Assembly (NCBI GenBank): GCA_964517435.1
Contig: CAZFEC010000008.1
Span: forward strand, 10 to 64,009
Length of the DNA: 64,000 bases
DNA from: an uncultured Bacteroidia bacterium
Lineage (GTDB): Bacteria; CAIWAD01; BS150m-G50
Direction: 5' to 3'
Below are positions 57,129 through 64,000 of the stretch, in pieces. The position numbers and the translations under genes are program-made. A model generated the notes under the pieces. That model was given only the letters and a program-made list of their open reading frames with translations, was not told where the DNA came from and made no database searches. The stretch's first letter is position 1. Every line of letters begins with the position of its first letter.

Positions 57129-59459
57129 ATGCAGAACAACGACGCTCCCAGCGCGATCAAGATTCCCGGCAAGCTGCCACTGCTGCCTCTGGACGACATC
57201 GTCGTCTTTCCCTTTGTTATAGCACCGGTAGTGGTGGCGGAACCACGCCAGCTGGAGATGGTTAATCATGTGCTCTCCGGCGACAAGATGCTGGCGGTGT
57301 TCTCGAAACGCAGCACCGAGACGATGGACGAGGATCGCCGCTTCTACGATACCGGCTGCGCCGCCATCGTTTTGAAGATGTTCAAGATGCAGAACGGCGA
57401 GGTCGGTCTGCTGCTGCAGGGCCTGGCCCGGGTACAACTGGACAAACTGGTCCGGCGTGATCCCTTCCTGGAGGGCAGTCTTACTATTCTACGCGAGGAC
57501 TCCCGGTCCTCCCTGAAAATCGAAGCGTTGCGCAAGGAACTCAAACGCAAGTTCCAGATCATGGCGCAGAACCGCCATATCGTGAAGGAGGATGTCCAAT
57601 CCGCCATCCTCAACATCCAGGAACCGGGCAAGCTGTGCGATGTGATCGTCTCCAATCTGCCGGTTACGGTCGAGGAACGTCAACGGATTCTGGATACGGT
57701 CAATATCACCAAACGTCTCCACGGTACCACGCACCTGTTGCAGCGGGAGATCGAGCTGGAGGAACTCAGCCAGCAGATCAAGAAGTCGGTCGACCAGGAG
57801 ATCGAGGTCTCCGAGAAACAGCGCTACCTGCGGGCGCAGATCAACATGATGCAGCGGGAGCTGGGTGAGGAAGACAGCGGCGAGGAACTGGACCAGATGC
57901 TGGTGGACGCCCGCGAGAGCGGCATGAGCCAGGAAGCGTTGCAGGCAGTGGAGAAGGAGATCCGCCGCATGCGCAGCATGTCCGCCTCTTCAGCCGACTA
58001 CCATGTCCTTCGCGGTTATGTGGAGTGGATGATCGATCTGCCCTGGCAGAAACGTGATACAAAACCGCTGAACATACGCAAAGCCGCCGCGGTCCTGAAT
58101 CGCGATCATTACGGGCTGGATGAGGTCAAGAACCGCATTCTGGAATTTCTGGCGGTGATGGAGCTTAATCCGGATACCCGCAGCCCGATTCTATGTCTGG
58201 TCGGCCCGCCCGGCGTGGGCAAGACCTCCCTGGGGCGTTCCATCGCTTCGGCGCTTAACCGCAAGTTCACCCGCCTGGCCCTGGGCGGCGTCCACGACGA
58301 AGCGGAGATCCGCGGGCATCGCAAGACTTATGTCGGCGCCTTTCCCGGCCGGATTATCCAGCGTCTGCGCGACGCCGGCACCCGCAATCCTGTCTTCATG
58401 CTGGATGAGATCGACAAGCTGGGCGCCGACGTCAAAGGGGATCCCGCCAGCGCGCTCCTGGAAGTGCTGGATCCGGAGCAGAACCACGAATTCATGGATC
58501 ACTTCCTCGATGTGAAGTTCGATCTGTCCGAAGTCATCTTCATCACTACGGCCAACCAGCCCTACAACATTCCGGAGCCGCTGCTGGACCGGATGGAAGT
58601 GATTCACCTCCCGGGCTACCTCAAACAGGAGAAGGTGCAAATCGCCCGGACCTACCTGATCCCGCGCCAGCTGGAGAACAGCGGCCTGACCAAGCGGCAT
58701 CTCACCATCACCGCCGCCGGCTTGAACGCCATTATCAGCGGCTATACGCGGGAGGCGGGAGTCCGCAAGCTGGAACAGCAGATCGGGGCGATCTGCCGGA
58801 AGACGGCCCGTCGCGTTCTGGTCAAACCCTCCCGGCGCATCAGCCTGACCAGCCGCAATCTGCCGGAGTTCCTCGGGGCGCCGCGGCACCAACTCACCCA
58901 GCGGCCGAGTCGCCGCCAGGCCGGCGTTTCGACCGGCCTCGCCTGGACTCCTTACGGCGGCGTGGTCCTCTATGTCGAAACCAGCCTGATGCCGGGTGGA
59001 CGCAATTTGAAGCTGACCGGACAGCTGGGGGAAGTGATGCGGGAATCGGCCGAAACCGCGCTTTCCTACCTGCGCGCCAACAGCGCCAAGTTCAACCTGC
59101 CGGAACATTTCTTCAACGAGTCGGACATCCACATGCATATACCCGCCGGCGCGACACCCAAAGACGGGCCTTCCGCCGGGACCGCCCTCATCCTGGCGCT
59201 GTTGTCGCTGCTCTGGCGCAAACCGCTGCCGGCCGGGGTGGCGGTGACGGGTGAAATAACCCTGACCGGGGAAGTGATGCCGGTCGGCGGCATCAAGGAG
59301 AAGCTGCTGGCCGCAAAAGAGGGGCAAATCCGGCGCGTGCTGATTCCCGCCGGCAACGCGGCCGACCTCGCGGAGGTGCCGTCGGAAGTCAAGCGCAACC
59401 TCAAGATCAAGCTGGTCAAGCGAATTTCCGAGGTGGTGAGCGAAGCTTTCGGTGCCTGA
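57129..59459 (+). CDS. lon: ATP-dependent Lon protease (LonA)
   Basis: Lon N-terminal domain, Walker A GPPGVGKTS, protease Ser in PKDGPSAGTAL. Start could instead be GTG 57123. Confidence 0.9.
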   Translation: MQNNDAPSAIKIPGKLPLLPLDDIVVFPFVIAPVVVAEPRQLEMVNHVLSGDKMLAVFSKRSTETMDEDRRFYDTGCAAIVLKMFKMQNGEVGLLLQGLARVQLDKLVRRDPFLEGSLTILREDSRSSLKIEALRKELKRKFQIMAQNRHIVKEDVQSAILNIQEPGKLCDVIVSNLPVTVEERQRILDTVNITKRLHGTTHLLQREIELEELSQQIKKSVDQEIEVSEKQRYLRAQINMMQRELGEEDSGEELDQMLVDARESGMSQEALQAVEKEIRRMRSMSASSADYHVLRGYVEWMIDLPWQKRDTKPLNIRKAAAVLNRDHYGLDEVKNRILEFLAVMELNPDTRSPILCLVGPPGVGKTSLGRSIASALNRKFTRLALGGVHDEAEIRGHRKTYVGAFPGRIIQRLRDAGTRNPVFMLDEIDKLGADVKGDPASALLEVLDPEQNHEFMDHFLDVKFDLSEVIFITTANQPYNIPEPLLDRMEVIHLPGYLKQEKVQIARTYLIPRQLENSGLTKRHLTITAAGLNAIISGYTREAGVRKLEQQIGAICRKTARRVLVKPSRRISLTSRNLPEFLGAPRHQLTQRPSRRQAGVSTGLAWTPYGGVVLYVETSLMPGGRNLKLTGQLGEVMRESAETALSYLRANSAKFNLPEHFFNESDIHMHIPAGATPKDGPSAGTALILALLSLLWRKPLPAGVAVTGEITLTGEVMPVGGIKEKLLAAKEGQIRRVLIPAGNAADLAEVPSEVKRNLKIKLVKRISEVVSEAFGA

Positions 59460-59594
59460 GTGATCGGGAGCCGTATTGGCGCCCAACCGGATCCGGCTGA
59501 CCGGCGCTATCGCGGTCGGGCCCGCCGGATTGATACCCATCCATCCCCTCACAACGAACCCGGTACCCGTACGTCACCGGAGCGATTTCCAGAA

Positions 59595-60410
59595 GTGAAA
59601 ACGGATTTCCACCTCCATACCCACCTGTGCCGGCATGCCGCCGGCGGGATGGAGGAGTATGTGCGACAGGCCCTGGCACTCGGCCTGGAGCATATCTGCT
59701 TCACCGATCACGTCCCCCTGCCTTATGATTTCGACCTGACCCACCGGATGGGGCCGGAACAGCTGTCCGACTACATCGCCGGCGTGCGGGAATTGCAGCG
59801 GCGCTATCGGGGCCGCATCGAAATCGGTCTCGGTCTGGAGTGCGACTACCTGCCCGGCGTGGAACCGTGGCTCGAGCGGATTCTGGCGGAGCAGGAGTGG
59901 GACTGCGTGCTGGGGAGTATTCACTTTGTGGGCCACATCCGCTCCGACGCGCCGGTCTTCGTCTTCCGGCCGGGCGAGGTGCCGCTGGACCAGCTGGAGG
60001 ATAACTACTGGCGACAGCTGGACGAGCTGGTCACCTGCGGGCTCTTCGATGCGATCACCCACCTGGATATCTTCAAGAAACGGGGCTGGCGGCCGCAACC
60101 GGAACGGCTGCCGCGGATCACCGGGATCCTGGACCGCATGGCCGCCGCCGGCACAGCTCTGGAAGTCAACGCCTCCGGTTACGATAAGCCGGAGGTGGGG
60201 GAAGCCTATCCCCATCCCCAACTGTTGCGCCTGGCGGTTGAGCGGGGATTGACTTTCATCTACGGCTCTGACGCGCATCAACCGCAGCAGGTAGGGCGCT
60301 ACCGGGACGTGATACAATCTCAACTGCTACGGCTGGGGGTAGAGCAACACGCGATCTACCGCAGGCGGCAACGATTCCTGCTGCCGTTGACAGCGGACGG
60401 GTGTGAGTGA
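59595..60410 (+). CDS. hisK: PHP-family histidinol-phosphatase (HisJ/HisK-type)
   Basis: DFHLHTHLC...FTDH are PHP metal-binding motifs. GTG 59595 gives a typical ~270 aa product; the ORF-track start 59460 abuts the lon stop. Confidence 0.65.
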   Translation: MKTDFHLHTHLCRHAAGGMEEYVRQALALGLEHICFTDHVPLPYDFDLTHRMGPEQLSDYIAGVRELQRRYRGRIEIGLGLECDYLPGVEPWLERILAEQEWDCVLGSIHFVGHIRSDAPVFVFRPGEVPLDQLEDNYWRQLDELVTCGLFDAITHLDIFKKRGWRPQPERLPRITGILDRMAAAGTALEVNASGYDKPEVGEAYPHPQLLRLAVERGLTFIYGSDAHQPQQVGRYRDVIQSQLLRLGVEQHAIYRRRQRFLLPLTADGCE

Positions 60411-60471
60411 ATCTGAGGCGCGAAACCGGTACCCTGTCCGCAAAAAGAGCTCTGTTGAGAACAGATTTATA

Positions 60472-60500
60472 TTGACATCCAGAGGGTGGTAATGTAAACT
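60472..60500 (+). promoter_or_regulatory. Sigma-70-type promoter (TTGACA-N17-TAAACT) upstream of tRNA-Leu
   Basis: Perfect -35 and 5/6 -10 with a 17-nt spacer, placing the TSS about 10 nt before the tRNA. Confidence 0.45.
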
Positions 60501-60516
60501 AACCGACTGCAATCGA

Positions 60517-60600
60517 GCCGGAGTGGTGGAATTGGTAGACGCGCACGTTTCAGGGGCGTGTGGCTGCAAGGCCGTGTGGGTTCAAATCCCACCTCCGGCA
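60517..60600 (+). tRNA. tRNA-Leu (anticodon CAG), class II with long variable arm
   Basis: Manual fold: 7-bp acceptor stem GCCGGAG/CTCCGGC, D-loop with GG, anticodon stem CACGT/GCGTG, loop TTCAGGG (U33, CAG, G37), 15-nt variable arm, T-arm GTGGG-TTCAAAT-CCCAC, discriminator A. CCA is not encoded. Confidence 0.85.
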
Positions 60601-60627
60601 TTTGAAGTTTAGTTAACGGAGAAGGAT

Positions 60628-60888
60628 ATGCCGCATCACAAATCATGCGCCAAGCGAGTTAAAACCAGCGCCGCCGCCCGACTGCGCAATCGAATCTATA
60701 AAAGCCGGCTGCACACAGCCATGCGCCGTATTTACAGCGTCACCACCCGCGAAGAAGCCGAACAGCTGCACCCGGGCACTGTCTCTCTGATCGACAAACT
60801 GGAACGCAAAGGCATTCTGCATAAAAAGAACGCGGCAAATAAGAAATCGAAATTGAGTCAATTTGTCAGCCGGTTGCAGAATTCCTGA
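60628..60888 (+). CDS. rpsT: 30S ribosomal protein S20
   Basis: 86 aa, basic, S20 signature (HKSCAKRVKTSAAARLRNR); GGAGAAGG Shine-Dalgarno. Confidence 0.85.
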   Translation: MPHHKSCAKRVKTSAAARLRNRIYKSRLHTAMRRIYSVTTREEAEQLHPGTVSLIDKLERKGILHKKNAANKKSKLSQFVSRLQNS

Positions 60889-61011
60889 AAAGCGTCTCTA
60901 TGATACGCGTTTGCCGGATTCCGTCGTGACCGCATTGATTTCCTGTCACCCCGGTATCCGGTTTTCTCTTTTTTCGCCCTCGCAACCGACCAACTCACAG
61001 GATTTGTGTCA

Positions 61012-63018
61012 ATGAAACTGCATCGAATTCTGCTGATAATGCCGCTGATGGGGCTAAGCTTCTGGCTGTCCGGTTGCGCTCAGTTGCAGTCACTTACCGG
61101 CGCCGCTGCCGCAATTCCTGTGGTCAGCGATACTGCAATCGTCACCTTACCTGAAGATGAAATCGCCGCCTGTCTCTTCGCACCGGACGATTACCTCTAT
61201 TATTGCCGGCTGCTGGAACAGACCCTCATACAATGTGACTCGGTCGATCTGGACCTGGTTTACGGCGATCTGGAGCAGCAGTACAGCGAAATCCAGAATT
61301 TCACCAATACCGCCGATACCTCCCTCCTCGAATTGAAACGGCAATACACCCGCGAATTAACGGAACTGGCCGGCCGCATGCTGGGCGTTTCGGAAAACGG
61401 CGACGCCGCGCTGCTCAAGGCGGGATTAAGTACGGAATCCCCGGGAGAATGGGATCAGGATTTCAGCCGGTTTACCGACGCTGATATCGATTCGATTCTC
61501 TATGCCCTTTTGCATATCCCGGCGCAAAACCTATTGCCGACCGTACCTGACGCCGCGCATGAACTGGTAGACGCCAAGGTTGAATTTCTGACCGGCGCCG
61601 GCCGCAAGAGTTTCACCCGCTGGCTGAGCCGTTCATCCCGCTACCTGCCGTTGCTGCAGGAAATAATCAACGCTCACAACCTTCCCCCCGACCTCGTCTA
61701 CCTGGCGATGATCGAATCCGGATTCAGTAGCAAGGCTTACTCCTGGGCGCACGCCGCCGGACCGTGGCAGTTTATCGGCAGTACGGCCAAGATTTTCGGT
61801 TTACGGCGCGATTACTGGGTCGACGAGCGTTACGATCTGATCGCCTCCACCCATGCCGCCGCCCGTTTCCTGCGCGTGCTCTACAATCGGTACCAGGACT
61901 GGTATCTGGCTTTTGCCGCCTATAACGCCGGCCCCGGCCGGGTTGACCGCGCCCTGAAACGCCATGGTACCCGGGACTATTGGCAGCTCTGGTCTTTGCC
62001 GCGGGAAACGCGCAACTACGTACCGATGTTTCTCGCCGCCCGGAAGATCACCCGGCACCCGGAACGCTACGGTTTTACCGCTATCGAGTACCAGGAACCG
62101 CTGGTGATTGATACCCTGCGGGTGGAAGGGGGTTACCGCCTGCAGGATATCGCCGCCGAGCTGAAACTGAGCTCCGCGACACTGCAGGAACTGAATCCCG
62201 CGCTGCTGCGGGAGGTTACCCCGCCGGGCGAAACACCCGCACTGTTGAAACTCCCCGCCGGTTCCGCTGACGCTCTGCTGGCGGCGTTGCCCACACTGCC
62301 CAAGGCGGCCGATACCCGCATCGTTACCCGGCACAAAGTACGTTACGGGGAAACGCTCTCCAGTATCGCGTTGCGTTACGGCGTCAGCGTACGTTCCCTC
62401 AGGCAGGCCAATGACCTGCGGGGATCCCGTATTTACGCCGGCAAAACGCTGGTGGTGATGGACGCCGCCGATCCGATTCGGTCCGGAGGGGGGCAGGAAT
62501 TTCCGCAAAACGGTGGCAGGGCGACCAAATACCGTGTCAAGCGAGGCGACACTTTAAGCGAAATTGCCTTGCGATATGGCCTTACAGTCAGTAAGATACG
62601 CAAGTGGAATGGTATTGGACGGCAGGGTAAGATCTATGCCGGCCAAAACCTGGTACTATATTTGAGTGGTGACGCACCGGCAGGCGATGCCGTTGTTCTG
62701 GGCGAATGGCTGATCCATACCGTCAAACGGGGTGAGAACGCGTCGCTCCTGGCTGAACGCTACGGGGTTTCACTGCGCGATCTGCGCAGTTGGAACAACC
62801 TGGATCGCAAGCTGAAACTGCTGGTCGGCCAGAAGCTCAAGGTGGGGCGTATCGATCAGGATCGCGTCATTGAGTACCGGGTGCGTCAAGGCGATTCACT
62901 CTGGCTCATCGCCGAACGGCACCATGTTACCACAGCTGAAATACAACAATGGAACAACCTGGGCAAGAACGATAAGATCTTCCCGGGTGATAAACTGGTC
63001 ATACACACAAGGGAGTAA
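61012..63018 (+). CDS. Lytic transglycosylase lipoprotein with multiple LysM domains (MltD-like)
   Basis: Lipobox FWLSGCA. SLT catalytic region (LAMIESGFSSKAYSWAHAAGPWQF). At least four C-terminal LysM repeats. Confidence 0.8.
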   Translation: MKLHRILLIMPLMGLSFWLSGCAQLQSLTGAAAAIPVVSDTAIVTLPEDEIAACLFAPDDYLYYCRLLEQTLIQCDSVDLDLVYGDLEQQYSEIQNFTNTADTSLLELKRQYTRELTELAGRMLGVSENGDAALLKAGLSTESPGEWDQDFSRFTDADIDSILYALLHIPAQNLLPTVPDAAHELVDAKVEFLTGAGRKSFTRWLSRSSRYLPLLQEIINAHNLPPDLVYLAMIESGFSSKAYSWAHAAGPWQFIGSTAKIFGLRRDYWVDERYDLIASTHAAARFLRVLYNRYQDWYLAFAAYNAGPGRVDRALKRHGTRDYWQLWSLPRETRNYVPMFLAARKITRHPERYGFTAIEYQEPLVIDTLRVEGGYRLQDIAAELKLSSATLQELNPALLREVTPPGETPALLKLPAGSADALLAALPTLPKAADTRIVTRHKVRYGETLSSIALRYGVSVRSLRQANDLRGSRIYAGKTLVVMDAADPIRSGGGQEFPQNGGRATKYRVKRGDTLSEIALRYGLTVSKIRKWNGIGRQGKIYAGQNLVLYLSGDAPAGDAVVLGEWLIHTVKRGENASLLAERYGVSLRDLRSWNNLDRKLKLLVGQKLKVGRIDQDRVIEYRVRQGDSLWLIAERHHVTTAEIQQWNNLGKNDKIFPGDKLVIHTRE

Positions 63019-63023
63019 AGTTA

Positions 63024-63298
63024 TGAACCGCAGTGAAGTTATCGAGAAGATCGCCCGGGAGACCGGAATTCAAAAGCGGGACGCGACTGTGGTCGTGGAA
63101 GGCTTTCTGTCCGTCGTGACCGATTCTCTTGAAAAAGGTGAGAAGGTCGATCTGCGCGGTTTCGGAACCTTTAAGGTTGATCAGCGCAAAGCACGTAAAG
63201 CGCGGAATCCCCGTACCGGCGCCGAGGTTTATGTCCCGGCCAAGCAGGTTCCGGTTTTCCGTCCTTCCAGAGATCTTAAAGAGCGGGTCAATCAATAA
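63024..63298 (+). CDS. HU family DNA-binding protein
   Basis: 91 aa with the HU/IHF signature (GFGTFKVDQRKARKARNPRTGAEV); GGGAG Shine-Dalgarno. Confidence 0.85.
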
Positions 63299-63331
63299 CT
63301 ATTTCGCAATTCCAGAATTCCCGGAGGAGCA

Positions 63332-63424
63332 ATGCCCAGCGGCAAAAAGCGCAAGCGTGCCAAGATGTCGACGCATAAACGCAAGAAACGTCTGCGCAAG
63401 AATCGTCATAAGAAGAAGAAATAA
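63332..63424 (+). CDS. 30-aa highly basic peptide (possible small ribosomal bTHX-like protein)
   Basis: ATG 63332 preceded by GGAGGAG at 4 nt. MPSGKKRKRAKMSTHKRKKRLRKNRHKKKK; below the ORF-track size cutoff. Confidence 0.5.
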   Translation: MPSGKKRKRAKMSTHKRKKRLRKNRHKKKK

Positions 63425-63454
63425 CAGTCCAGGCTGAGGCCTGCGGGGTTCTGG

Positions 63455-64000
63455 ATGACCCGCCCCACGTTGACAGTGTCCGATCTGGCCCGGAGAATCC
63501 GGGAGACGATCGACGACGCCTTTCCTCCCGTCTGGGTGGAAGGGGAGGTCTCCAATTACATCAGGCATAGATCAGGACACCATTATTTCTCCATCAGAGA
63601 TACCGAGTGCCAGCTCGCCTGCGTCCTTTGGCGCGGGCGGGCCGGGCAGCTCACGTTCGAACTCCAGGACGGACTGCAGGTACGTCTGCAGGTCCGGATT
63701 GCCTTCTATGATCGCGGCGGTCGCCTGCAGCTCGATGTGCAGCAGGTTGAGAGCAGCGGTCAGGGCGACCTGCTTCTGCGGTTCGAACAGCTGAAAGCGA
63801 AGCTCCTGGCGGAGGGTCTCTTCGACCCGGAATGCAAGCAGGAGCTGCCCACCTTTCCCGCGCGGCTGGGGATCGTCACCTCGCCCAGCGGGGCCGCTAT
63901 TCAGGACATCAAGAAGGTCATCCGGCAGCGGTTTCCCGCCGTCAGCCTGCAGCTCTATCCCGCTCAGGTCCAGGGTGAGGGAGCGGCGGTGCAGGTGGCC
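63455..64000 (+). CDS. xseA: Exodeoxyribonuclease VII large subunit, 3'-truncated at window edge
   Basis: N-terminal OB-fold region (LTVSDLARRIRETIDDAFPPVWVEGEVSN) and GIVTSPSGAAIQD. Confidence 0.8.
   Translation, partial: MTRPTLTVSDLARRIRETIDDAFPPVWVEGEVSNYIRHRSGHHYFSIRDTECQLACVLWRGRAGQLTFELQDGLQVRLQVRIAFYDRGGRLQLDVQQVESSGQGDLLLRFEQLKAKLLAEGLFDPECKQELPTFPARLGIVTSPSGAAIQDIKKVIRQRFPAVSLQLYPAQVQGEGAAVQVA

Noticed and set aside
60517-60600. Considered whether the long-variable-arm tRNA could be tRNA-Sec (selC), given that SelD uses Sec
   Set aside because: The manual fold gives a 7-bp acceptor stem, anticodon CAG, and G37 with U33. This is a class-II tRNA-Leu, not the 8+5 or 9+4 tRNA-Sec with a UCA anticodon.

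Overview
This is a high-GC window (about 62% GC by eye) with roughly 60 protein genes, one tRNA and no rRNA or CRISPR array. No mobile-element genes were found, but a small inverted-repeat-bounded cassette is reported below. The lineage is consistent with the FCB group or a related candidate phylum: two giant proteins carry type IX secretion C-terminal sorting domains, and a canonical sigma-70 promoter precedes the tRNA.

Gene content, from start to end:
- **Fucoside/sulfated-glycan operon (1..6422):** a sulfatase, two GH29 alpha-L-fucosidases and a DUF4838 lipoprotein.
- **Long run of small enzymes (6904..19129):** methyltransferases, HAD hydrolases, GNATs, a voltage-gated K+ channel, a URO-D-like protein, an SGNH hydrolase and an epimerase.
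- **20027..31230:** a TonB-dependent receptor, a CBM48 protein, a Zn alcohol dehydrogenase, a rhodanese-rhodanese-PEBP fusion, a SlyD-like protein and a KamA-family radical SAM protein.
- **Selenium-utilization operon (31243..35148):** YedE, a TusA-like protein, a cysteine desulfurase, DUF3343 and SelD.
- **Stress and repair genes (36089..46282):** MsrAB, VOC and SRPBCC proteins, an ATL protein, a patatin-like protein and hisS.
- **46954..54371:** two translationally coupled giant T9SS cargo genes.
- **Housekeeping genes (54876..64000):** HDOD, CheR, Hsp20, Lon, a PHP histidinol-phosphatase, tRNA-Leu(CAG), rpsT, an MltD-like lipoprotein, HU, a 30-aa basic peptide and xseA.

Most notable observations:
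1. SelD is itself a selenoprotein. It has an in-frame UGA at the catalytic Cys17 position. The ORF track truncated its Shine-Dalgarno-supported N-terminus.
2. The octamer GTGATACA/TGTATCAC occurs 19 times in the window. My rough composition-based expectation is about one, so enrichment is roughly 20-fold.
3. A dispersed CGAT-hexamer repeat family occurs at three intergenic sites. Two copies in inverted orientation flank a 60-aa wHTH gene.
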